Shown here piece by piece: positions 18,252 to 29,268 of a DNA stretch of 64,000 nt. This stretch comes from an uncultured Thermoanaerobaculia bacterium (GTDB lineage Bacteria; Acidobacteriota; Thermoanaerobaculia; Multivoradales; Multivoraceae): the NCBI GenBank assembly GCA_951813015.1, contig CATOTG010000011.1, positions 129,889 through 193,888 of the forward strand, read 5' to 3'. Within the stretch, counting starts at the first letter, position 1. Each line of letters begins with the position of its first letter. Made by a program: the position numbers and the translations under genes. Under the pieces are notes generated by a model. The model ran no database searches. It had not been told where the DNA came from and saw nothing but the letters and a program-made list of their open reading frames with translations.

Positions 18252-21197
18252 TCAACCTCGGCACGCCCGGGCGATCTGCTCGCGCGCGTCCCCGATGTTC
18301 TCGATCCACACGGCGCGCCAGGCGCCGTGGTCGTCCACCCCTCCCGGGCCGCCCGCGGGTCGCCGGGAAACGGCCGGGACCCAGCGCTGCTCCAGGTAGC
18401 GGCGCTTCTGCTCCTCGCTCACCTCACCGGCCCGCAGACCCTTGAACTCGATGACCAGGCAACGGCTGCGCCCGCCGGGCGCCTGCGCCTTCGCGCGGGC
18501 CACGAAGTCCGGTTCCGTGCGTGCCCAGCAGGCGTTCCCGCTGTCGTACCAGGGCACCGTCCAGCCCAGGCGGAAGTTACGCACCCAGGCTTCGACATCG
18601 GGGTGGCGGTCGAGAATCTCCGCAAGTCTGGCCTCGTCGCTCGAGTGGCAGGCGGCGGCGTTCAGTTCCGACTTCGCCGTGTCGTCGTACCAGTACCGCA
18701 GCGTGGTGCGAAAACGGACACTGCCGGTGTCGCTGGTCCGCCCGGCGCCCGGCGCGCGCTGATCCTCGAACACGGCGCCAACACAGGGTTCCCCATCGAG
18801 ACAACGCACGCGGGAGGCGATCGCGTGCAGCGTGTCCTCGTCGAACTGCAGGTCGGTCCAGTCCTCGCAGTCGAGGTTCGGCCGGCAGACGTCGAGGATC
18901 GCGAGAGCATCGAGGAAGGCCTGGCGCCGGTCATCCACGCCGCGCTCCAGCTTCGGCACCAGCTGAGCGGCGGCCTTCCACAGCGCCGTTCGTTCGTCCT
19001 CGGACTGCTGCCGGACGAGGATGGACTCTCCCAGCGGCCCCTCGACCGAGGTGCCGACCAGCGGCCCCCTCGGCGTCACGCGGCGACGCGGCGCGTCACG
19101 CGGCTCGATGCTCCAGCGCGGGGCGCCGCCGCCGTGAGCGTAGCCGGCCAGGTGCGGGAAGCGGAGTCGAAGGTGCTCGCGCCCCGGCAGCGTATGGACG
19201 TCCTGAGGCTCCACCGGAACCGGCGGCGTCCCCGGCGTCCTGCCTCCCGGCCAGGCAAAGGGGACGCCGAACAGATTCGCGTACTCGATGGGCTGCTTCT
19301 CGTCCCGGCCGCTGAACGCCGTCTTGCGCAGCGCGCGGCCGGTGACCTGCTCGCACAGCAGCTGGCTGCCGAAGGCGCGATAGCCGAATATGTGCGTCAC
19401 GTTTCGGGCGTCCCAGCCCTCGGTCAGCATGCCCACCGAGATGACGCAGCGAATGTGCTCTCCGGGTTCGCCCCGGCGACCGACGGACATGAAGACATCG
19501 CGGATCGCCTGCTGCTTCTCGGCCCGCGTGAGGGGCGCGTCAGCTTCGGCAGAGGGGGCGAACAACGCGGCCTGGTCCTCGATCGCCCTGCTGATCGCGT
19601 CGTTGCCGCCGGACGCCGGGTCGTCAAGGCGCGAGTGGACCAGGATGGTGGGTGGCCGTTCGACCGGTTGGCCGGTTGAGCGGTCGGCGTTCGAGAACAG
19701 CTCCAGGTTCCCCGCCTTCCAGACCTCGGCTTCGTCGTCATCCCCGCCGAGCGCCTCGCGGTAGCCGGCGATGTAGCGGTGAAGCGCCGTCGCGTTCCCG
19801 ATCGTGTTGGCGACCACGATCAGAACCGGAATCCGGCCCCTCGCCTCGTAGGCCGGCACGGTCTCTTCGGCATGGTGCTTGTAGAGTTCGTGCAGCGGTT
19901 CCGCGACCGCCGGCGCCAGCGGCTCGCCCAGCGCGCGCCTGTCGTTGTGCAGATACACGTTGCGATAGCGTGGCGCGAGGTGGATCGGCTGGCCGTCGGC
20001 GCCCAACGCCCGGTCGTCGACCGGCACGCGCGGCACCTTGACCAGGCCCGACTCCACGGCATCGAGCAGCGAGAAGTCGGAAACCGTCCACGGAAAGGTC
20101 TCCGCTTCGACCATCGCCGGTCGCCGCAGCCACATCGGCGTGGCCGACAGGTCGAAGACCTGGCCCAGCCGCCGGTGCGCGCGGAGCGCCCGCAGCGCGC
20201 CAAACCAGAGCTCGGCCCGTTTCCTGTCCTCCTTCTCCTCCGCGTCGGCTGCTCCCTTTGCCAGCCTGACGTCCCTCAGCGTGTAGCAGTGATGGGCCTC
20301 GTCGTTCAAAACGGCGATTGGCCCGCCGCCACGGTGGGCCTTGAGCAGGCGGTCGAGCATCTGCCGCTCGCTCTCGATCCATGAGTGGAGGTCCCTGCGG
20401 CCTCGCATCGGACCGTAGAGCAGGTCCTTCTCCTTCCCCGTCGCCGCCTTTCCACCGACGTGCAGGCTGGACTTCCGCTGGAAGGCCTGGAAGTTGAGGA
20501 TCGTCCAGCGCATGCGCTTCACGTCGCCCTGAAACCCGGGTGGCGCCACGGACCGCCAGAGCTCGTCCTTCGGGTTCCGCAGCACCTGCAACCGATCACG
20601 GATCACAAGACCGGGCGCGAGCGCCAGCAGGTCGATCGGACCGTCCGGCTGGCGCACGGCCCACCACAGGGCGATCATCGCCATCAGGTGCGTTTTCCCG
20701 GTGCCGGTCGCCATCTTCGCGGCCACGCGGGGAATGCAGTCGTTCCAGCGGCCGTTGGCCTGCTCAAGCCGCGCAGCGATCCTCGCGCGGGCGTCGGGAG
20801 CGTGTGCCCGACCCGCGTCGAACAGCCAGATCAGCGTCTCGACCGCCTCGCGCTGGCACCAGAACGGACGCATCTCGGCGCGCTCGCCGGCCCAGTCCTC
20901 GAGCAGGCGCCGCACGCGGGGGGCAACACCCTTCCAGCTGGCCGCCCGCCAGTCGTCAACCAGCTCGCGAAGCTCGTTGATCGTCCGGTGCGGCTCGACG
21001 CTCGGGTCAGGCGGCGTCCAGTCCGACTCGTCGCCACGAGGATTGGGCACCGGCAGCTGGGTTGAACTGGGCCGCCGCCCGCTCGCCGTGGCGGCCTTCG
21101 CGCGTCCGTGCCCGTCCAGCTCCCAGTGCCTGTCCGGCGCCGCGTAGGGCGTGTGAAGCACCCAATCCGGCCCAACGCCCTGCTCGCTGTCGCTCAC
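18252..21197 (-). CDS. type III restriction endonuclease subunit (SF2 helicase plus PD-(D/E)xK nuclease; BPTD_3080-like)
   Basis: RPFWCQREAVETLIWL, KMATGTGKT, LNDEAHHCY, DLSATP, ISVGMLTEGWDA, SQLLCEQVTGRALR, C-terminal EPDFVAR...VIEFKG; adjacent to the methyltransferase. Confidence 0.88.
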   Translation of the reverse strand: MSDSEQGVGPDWVLHTPYAAPDRHWELDGHGRAKAATASGRRPSSTQLPVPNPRGDESDWTPPDPSVEPHRTINELRELVDDWRAASWKGVAPRVRRLLEDWAGERAEMRPFWCQREAVETLIWLFDAGRAHAPDARARIAARLEQANGRWNDCIPRVAAKMATGTGKTHLMAMIALWWAVRQPDGPIDLLALAPGLVIRDRLQVLRNPKDELWRSVAPPGFQGDVKRMRWTILNFQAFQRKSSLHVGGKAATGKEKDLLYGPMRGRRDLHSWIESERQMLDRLLKAHRGGGPIAVLNDEAHHCYTLRDVRLAKGAADAEEKEDRKRAELWFGALRALRAHRRLGQVFDLSATPMWLRRPAMVEAETFPWTVSDFSLLDAVESGLVKVPRVPVDDRALGADGQPIHLAPRYRNVYLHNDRRALGEPLAPAVAEPLHELYKHHAEETVPAYEARGRIPVLIVVANTIGNATALHRYIAGYREALGGDDDEAEVWKAGNLELFSNADRSTGQPVERPPTILVHSRLDDPASGGNDAISRAIEDQAALFAPSAEADAPLTRAEKQQAIRDVFMSVGRRGEPGEHIRCVISVGMLTEGWDARNVTHIFGYRAFGSQLLCEQVTGRALRKTAFSGRDEKQPIEYANLFGVPFAWPGGRTPGTPPVPVEPQDVHTLPGREHLRLRFPHLAGYAHGGGAPRWSIEPRDAPRRRVTPRGPLVGTSVEGPLGESILVRQQSEDERTALWKAAAQLVPKLERGVDDRRQAFLDALAILDVCRPNLDCEDWTDLQFDEDTLHAIASRVRCLDGEPCVGAVFEDQRAPGAGRTSDTGSVRFRTTLRYWYDDTAKSELNAAACHSSDEARLAEILDRHPDVEAWVRNFRLGWTVPWYDSGNACWARTEPDFVARAKAQAPGGRSRCLVIEFKGLRAGEVSEEQKRRYLEQRWVPAVSRRPAGGPGGVDDHGAWRAVWIENIGDAREQIARACRG

Positions 21198-21880
21198 CGT
21201 CGCAGGATCGTAGCGTAGCGCAGCGTGCGGGGAGGAAGCGAAATTCGTCCCGGTAGGCCTCGTCCTGATCCCGGCGCAGCGCAGAGCGCGGGGCCGAAGC
21301 TCCGCGGCGGCGAAAGCAGTTCATCGTGCGCTCCGCCAAGACCCAGCAGCGTTTCGCAGCGACGTCGATCAGTCACTGCCCGCTGCCGTCCTTCAGGATC
21401 GAACTCCGGGATGGACTCTGGAGACCGCTGCCGCGGCCTTCTTCGCCGCTTCCTCTCCGGTCATGACCCGCGCAGAAAGACCTCCTCGACGGCAAGCGGA
21501 GCGAGGCGATCAGTCGAACCGGGCACCGCGTCGAGGCGCTCCGCTCCCCTTATCACACCGTCCGCCTGGTTTGACCAGTCTCCAAAGGGAACATGCCGGA
21601 ACACAAACCTGCCCTCAGCATCGGAAAGGCCTGCCGCGCCAGGTCCAACGCTTTCGCCTCGGCGCGCCGCGCGTCCGAAGCCGCGCTGAGGCCGCGGTTT
21701 CTTGTTGCGGCTCTGAGCGCGTTGAAATAGGGTCCGTCGCATTAGCCCCTCTCATGGCCGGTGTCCACGGTTTCCCGCCACCCTCTCTGCCAACGTACGT
21801 GACACAGGTTCCGTGCCCGTCGGCATCATTGTCACGATGGACTCGGTCATTGCTGCCTGTGGCCAGTTGGGGTGGTAGAC

Positions 21881-22141
21881 ATGGATCCTCTTCGGACTCG
21901 CATTCGAGACTTCATTCGGCCGCGCCGTCCGGCGCCCGGCTTCGCCTTCCGGTTGATTGCCTGCGCCCTGTTCGCTGCAATAGTCGTCTACGGGAACGTT
22001 CGGGACTCCTCGATGATCTCCGTGGGCGGGGTGCTGAGTTGGGGTTTGATCGTTGCAGCCATCGAGGCATGGCTCCGACGGCGGCGCATCGCTGGCGGAC
22101 TCCGGGAGTTACCCGACTCGGAACCGCCGTCACGCGAATAG
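21881..22141 (+). CDS. small hypothetical membrane protein (two predicted TM helices)
   Basis: 86 aa with FRLIACALFAAIVVYG and VGGVLSWGLIVAAIEAWL followed by RRRR; GGTGG upstream of ATG. Confidence 0.5.
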   Translation: MDPLRTRIRDFIRPRRPAPGFAFRLIACALFAAIVVYGNVRDSSMISVGGVLSWGLIVAAIEAWLRRRRIAGGLRELPDSEPPSRE

Positions 22142-22389
22142 GGGCGGCCGCTCGAGCAGCGGCCCGACCGCCCTGCCCGTCTCCTTGGGTACAACCTTCA
22201 TCCGCCCGTCTTCGAGTCATCGAAGGCGAGCGGATCAACTCCCGGCACGGGAGACGGATGACGATGTCCGCCAGCGGCGTAGCTCGTACGCGATCCGTGC
22301 GCGGAACGGCCGGATTGCGGTGACGGTGGACGTGGAACCGAAACGGCGATGGCCGAGGCCACGCGTTGCAGATGCTGGATCCGCAGACA

Positions 22390-24194
22390 CTACGAGGCGC
22401 CGTCCCGGCCACGGACCGAAGAGTAGACCGAACGGCCGAGCTTCGCGCCGAGAACCTCCCGGAGTTCCTCCTCCGACGCCCGGGTCACGCCGGTGTAGCT
22501 GCCGAACCGGCGCACGAGCAGCTTGCGCCGCTGCGGGCCGATGCCCCGCAGGTCGTCGAAGCGGCTTTGGAGGGTTCGCCGGGAGCGCCGACGGCGGTGG
22601 CGCGACACGGCGAACCGGTGCGCCTCGTCACGCACCTGCTGGAGGACGCGCAGGCCGGCATGGTTCCGCTTCAGCCGCAGCGGCGCGGGTCGCACCGGAA
22701 TGTAGATCTCCTCCTCCCGCTTGGCCAGTCCCACGACCGGCGTCTCGTCGACGCCCAGTTCGGCCAGTGCCTCGAGGGCCGCGTTCAACTGGCCGCGCCC
22801 GCCGTCGATCAGGATCAGGTCCGGCATCTCGCCGACTTCCTTCAGGCGGCGTCGGTAGCGGCGCTCCACCGCCTGCCGGATCGAGGCGAAGTCGTCCGCC
22901 TGCGCCAGGCCGCGGATGTTGAAGCTGCGGTACTCCTTCTTGACCATCCGGCCGTCGCTCCAGACCACCAGGGAGGCGACCGTCTCGCTGCCGCCGAAGG
23001 TCGAGATGTCGAAGCCCTCGATCCGCCGCGGCGGCTCTTCGAGGTCGAGTGCCGTCCGCAACGCCTCGCTGGCCTCGCCGGCGGCGGCGGCGCCGCGGAA
23101 CCGCCGGCGAAAGGCCATCCGGGCGTTGCGGTTCGCCAGCGCCACCCGCTCCGCCTTCGGTCCGCGCGATGGCATCCGGAGGTAGACCTTCGACTCGCGG
23201 CGTTCGCTCAGCCACTCCACCAGAGCCTGCTCACCCTCGATCGGCGCCGGCAGGTGGATCTCCCTGGGAATGAGCGTGGTCCGATCGTAGAGTTGCGGCA
23301 GCAGCTCCGACAGCAGGCGCTCGGCGGTGATCTTCGAAACGCCCTCCCAGAACAACTCGCGGCGATCGAGCACCTGGCCGCCGCGCATGACCAGGACGAC
23401 GACCGCCGCGTTGTCGCCGCGAACGTGGACGCCGAAGATGTCGACGTCCTCGCCCCGGTCCGAACTCAGCTTCCGTCGCTGGCTGATCGATGCGATCTCC
23501 TGCATCGTGTCGCGAAGACGGGCCGCCGTCTCGAACTCCAGGCGGGTCGCCTCTGTCCGCATCCGGCCGCGCAGGTCCCGCAGCAACTCGTCGTTCCTGC
23601 CTGCGAGAAACAGGCGCGCCTTCTCGACCGCCTCGGCATAGGCCTCGTCGGTCGTCAGGCCGTCGACGCAGGGCCCCAGGCAGCGCTTCATGTCGTGGTA
23701 GAGGCAGGGTCGCGGCAGGCTGCCGTCTATCTCGATCCGGCACACCCGGATGCCGAACAGCTTCTGCGTCAGCTTGATCGCCTTCCGCGCCAGACCGGCG
23801 GGAAGGTACGGGCCGTAGTACTCCGCGCCGTCGCGGCGAATGCGCCGGGTGAAGGCAAGGCGCGGATGCCCGTCGGCGAGGGTGAGCTTGAGATAGGGAT
23901 ACGTCTTGTCGTCTCGCAGCCGGATGTTGAACCGCGGCTGCCGGCGCTTGATCCAGTTGTTCTCGAGCAGCAGCGCCTCGGCCTCCGAGTCGGTGACGAC
24001 GAACTCGATATCGGCCGCGTCCTGGAGCATCAGGGCGATGCGTGGATCCTCCGCCCGCACTCGGTAGGACGCCGCACGCCGCCTGAGGGACTTCGCCTTG
24101 CCGACGTACAGCGCCTCGCCGACCTCCCCCTTGAAGATGTAGATCCCCGGCTGATCCGGAAGCTCTCCCAGCCGCTGCCGCAGCTCCCGGCGCA

Positions 24195-24195
<1 letters not shown>
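22390..24195 (-). CDS. uvrC: excinuclease ABC subunit C
   Basis: LPDQPGIYIF, YVGKAKSLRRR, DDKTYPY, RIEGFDIS, PDLILIDGGRGQL, QVRDEAHRFA, HhH; ATG 24195 overlaps the uvrB stop (TGATG). Confidence 0.95.
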
Positions 24196-26291
<2,096 letters not shown>

Positions 26292-26293
26292 GG

Positions 26294-26761
26294 TCAGACC
26301 TCCGGGCTGGAGGCCGCGGTCCGCTCGAGACGCTCGGTCAGGCGGCGCAAATCGTCGCGGTCAAGCAGTCCCCGCTCCGCCCGCCGCAGCGCGTCGGTGA
26401 GCGCCATCTGCAGCCGACGATTGTCGGCCGGCGTAGCCGGTCGGGTCCGGTAGCGCTCGCGCACGGAATCAAAGGCCCGCTCGAGACGGTTGCGTTCTTC
26501 CGACGTGATGTCCTCAGGCAGTGCCTCCATGATCCGTTCCCGACTCAGGTCCAGGACGAACTCGAGCAGTTCGTCGGCCTGCGTCAGAGCCACCGCGAGG
26601 CCGACCACGAGCAGGAGCGCGAGCAGCCCGCATCCGGCCAGACCCGCAATCAGACAGCCACGCCGCTTTCGGTCCGGATCCCGCGGCCCCGCCGGCGACG
26701 GCTCGGGAAAGGGTTCCGGCAGGGGCGGCAGGCCGCGCGGCTGCTCGGGTTCGGGAGTCAT
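26294..26761 (-). CDS. hypothetical single-TM protein
   Basis: Pro-rich N-terminus, [26 protein letters not shown] segment, helical C-terminus. Confidence 0.65.
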   Translation of the reverse strand: MTPEPEQPRGLPPLPEPFPEPSPAGPRDPDRKRRGCLIAGLAGCGLLALLLVVGLAVALTQADELLEFVLDLSRERIMEALPEDITSEERNRLERAFDSVRERYRTRPATPADNRRLQMALTDALRRAERGLLDRDDLRRLTERLERTAASSPEV

Positions 26762-26772
26762 GAGTCGGGTCG

Positions 26773-26779
26773 TATGATA
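26773..26779. promoter_or_regulatory. overlapping divergent -10 elements (TATGAT on +, TATCAT on -)
   Basis: Only 23 bp separate the divergent starts 26761 and 26785; the AT-rich core sits between them. Confidence 0.55.
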
Positions 26780-26784
26780 CGCGC

Positions 26785-29268
26785 GTGATGGAGGCGCCGC
26801 GCAAAGCCCTGCAACCCCTGCGCGACTGGGGCTTGCGGCACTGGCGGTGGCTGACGCCGATCGTCGGTACGCCGGTCGCAGGCGTCCTGCTGGGGATCGG
26901 CGTCGCGGCGGCAATCGATCTGCCGCAGGTCGAAACGGTCGCCGAGTTGACGCCCAGCCAGATCACCCGGCTCCTGGACAGCGAGGGCGAGGTCTTCCGG
27001 AGCTACTCCGTCGAGAAGCGGATCATGCTCGCCGAAGGCGAGGTGCCGGAGGTCTTCGAGCGCGTCCTGCTCAGCGCGGAGGACCGGAACTTCTACGACC
27101 ACGTCGGCTTCGACATCGTCGGCGTGGTACGCGCAACGGTGCAGAACTGGCAGCGGGGCGAGCGGTTCTCCGGCGCTTCGACGATCACGATGCAGGTCGC
27201 GCGAACGCTGTATCTCGGCCGCGAGAAGGTCTGGAGCCGGAAGATCCGCGAGACGCTTCTCGCCATCGAGCTCGAAAAGCGCCTGAGCAAGCAGCAGATC
27301 CTCACGCTCTACTGCAACCTGACCTACTTCGGCCACGGCAACTACGGCCTCGAGGCAGCCTCCCGCTACTACTTCGGCAAACCGGCGGCCGAGCTGGATC
27401 ACGTCGAATCCGCCACTCTCGTGGCCATCTTGCCGGGGCCGAGCGTGTGGACGCCGTATCTGCGACCCGAGGTGGTACGCAACCGCCGCAACACGATCCT
27501 GGGCGTCGTGGCCCAACGCGGCGTGATCACGAGAGAGCAGGCCGAGGAGGCGGCGACGCTGCCGCTCAACGTGGTCAAGCAGCGCGAGACGAAGCCGTTG
27601 GCGCCGCACTTCGCCGAGCGGGTCCGGGTCGACCTGTACTCCACCTACGGCCGAAAGGGCCTCTACGAGCGGGGGCTCAAGGTCAGGACGACCCTGGATC
27701 CGCGGATGCAGAACGCCGCCGAGAAGGCGCTGCGCCAGGGCCTGGTCCGGATCGACCGGTTCCGGGGCTACCGTGGGCCAGCGTCCCACGTCGACCAGGA
27801 CGATCTCGAGGCGGAGGATCTCGCCGAGTCGGTCGGGGGTCTGCTCGCCGCCTGGGTCGGTTTCGAACCGGAGGTCGGCGCCTGGGCGCCCGGTGTCGTC
27901 CTCCGGCGCGGGCGGCGCGACGCGGAGATTCGGATCGGCGACCACCGCTTCGTCCTCCAGCCCGAGGGTTACGAATGGACCCGGCGGGACGCGCCGCCTC
28001 TCAAGAGGGGCGACATCGCCTGGTTCGAACTCCGTCCCGCCGCCGAGGGCGACCAGGACGGCGAAGCGGATCCGGAGATTTCCTTCGCGCTCGAGCTCGT
28101 CCAGGCGCCGACCCTCGAGGGCGCCGTGCTGCTGCTCGAATCGTCGACGGGCGCCATCCGGGCGTTGGTGGGCGGCTGGGACTACGAGCGAAGCGAGTTC
28201 AACCGCGCGATCCAGGCCCGGCGCCAGGTCGGCTCGCTGTTCAAGCCGTTCGTCTTCGGCGCCGCCTTCGAACACGGCTTCACCCCCGCCGACACCCTCT
28301 TCGATGCGCCGGCGGCGTTCGCGGGCGTCGACAACCTGCCCAGCTACAGTCCGCGCAACTACTACCGCAAGTACCTCGGCATCCTGACGTTGCGCAAGGC
28401 GCTCGAGAAGTCGATCAACGTCACCGCGGTCAAGCTCCAGGATGTCGTCGGCGCCGACAGGGTCGTCGATTTCGCCTACCGGACGGGCATCCGTTCGCCG
28501 CTGCCGCCGTATCCCAGTCTTGCCCTCGGCGCCGCCGACCTGACCGTGCTCGAGGTGGCCACCGCCTACGCCACGATCGCCAACCTGGGCGTCCACGTCG
28601 AGCCGTACCTGATCGAAAGCGTGGCGACCCGGGACGGCCGCGAACTCGAGGCCCACGTGCCCCAGGCGTCGACCGTGCTGACGCCGGAGGTCGCGTACCT
28701 GCTGACCCACGTGCTCTCCGGCGTGGTCCAGCGCGGGACGGCCCAGTCGGCCAGGAGCCTGGGACTCGCGGCCGTTGCCGGCAAGACCGGCACGACCGAC
28801 GGTTTCACCGACGCCTGGTTCGCCGGCTACACGCCCCGCTATACCCTCGTGGTCTGGGTCGGCCACGACCAGCAGCGGCGCATCGGCCGCAACATGACCG
28901 GCGCCGCGGCCGCCCTGCCGATCTGGAACGAGGTTCTGCGCCAGGGGGTCGAGGACGGCTGGATCGATCGTCGCGCCACCTTCACCCGACCGAACCGGGT
29001 CCGTCTGGAACGGATCGAGTACAACTCCGGCCTGCGGCCCGCGCGCCGTCCGGTCGGAGGGCAGCACCTGATCGACGAAGCGTTCATCGCCGGTACCGAA
29101 CCGGTGCTCTCCTTCGACCCCGACACGCGCCCCGTCTACGACCTCCCGTGGTACCAGCAGCGCGCCCTCTACGGCGAACCGAAGGCCGGCGAGAACATGC
29201 CCGAGGACGTCACCGACTGGACTCTCATCCGCCATGCCTGGAGGGAAGACGAGGAGGGGGGCTCCTGA
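26785..29268 (+). CDS. mrcA: class A penicillin-binding protein 1A
   Basis: Transglycosylase AEDRNFYDHVG, GASTITMQVAR, RKIRE; transpeptidase GSLFKP (SxxK), SIN, GKTGTT. Confidence 0.92.
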   Translation: MMEAPRKALQPLRDWGLRHWRWLTPIVGTPVAGVLLGIGVAAAIDLPQVETVAELTPSQITRLLDSEGEVFRSYSVEKRIMLAEGEVPEVFERVLLSAEDRNFYDHVGFDIVGVVRATVQNWQRGERFSGASTITMQVARTLYLGREKVWSRKIRETLLAIELEKRLSKQQILTLYCNLTYFGHGNYGLEAASRYYFGKPAAELDHVESATLVAILPGPSVWTPYLRPEVVRNRRNTILGVVAQRGVITREQAEEAATLPLNVVKQRETKPLAPHFAERVRVDLYSTYGRKGLYERGLKVRTTLDPRMQNAAEKALRQGLVRIDRFRGYRGPASHVDQDDLEAEDLAESVGGLLAAWVGFEPEVGAWAPGVVLRRGRRDAEIRIGDHRFVLQPEGYEWTRRDAPPLKRGDIAWFELRPAAEGDQDGEADPEISFALELVQAPTLEGAVLLLESSTGAIRALVGGWDYERSEFNRAIQARRQVGSLFKPFVFGAAFEHGFTPADTLFDAPAAFAGVDNLPSYSPRNYYRKYLGILTLRKALEKSINVTAVKLQDVVGADRVVDFAYRTGIRSPLPPYPSLALGAADLTVLEVATAYATIANLGVHVEPYLIESVATRDGRELEAHVPQASTVLTPEVAYLLTHVLSGVVQRGTAQSARSLGLAAVAGKTGTTDGFTDAWFAGYTPRYTLVVWVGHDQQRRIGRNMTGAAAALPIWNEVLRQGVEDGWIDRRATFTRPNRVRLERIEYNSGLRPARRPVGGQHLIDEAFIAGTEPVLSFDPDTRPVYDLPWYQQRALYGEPKAGENMPEDVTDWTLIRHAWREDEEGGS

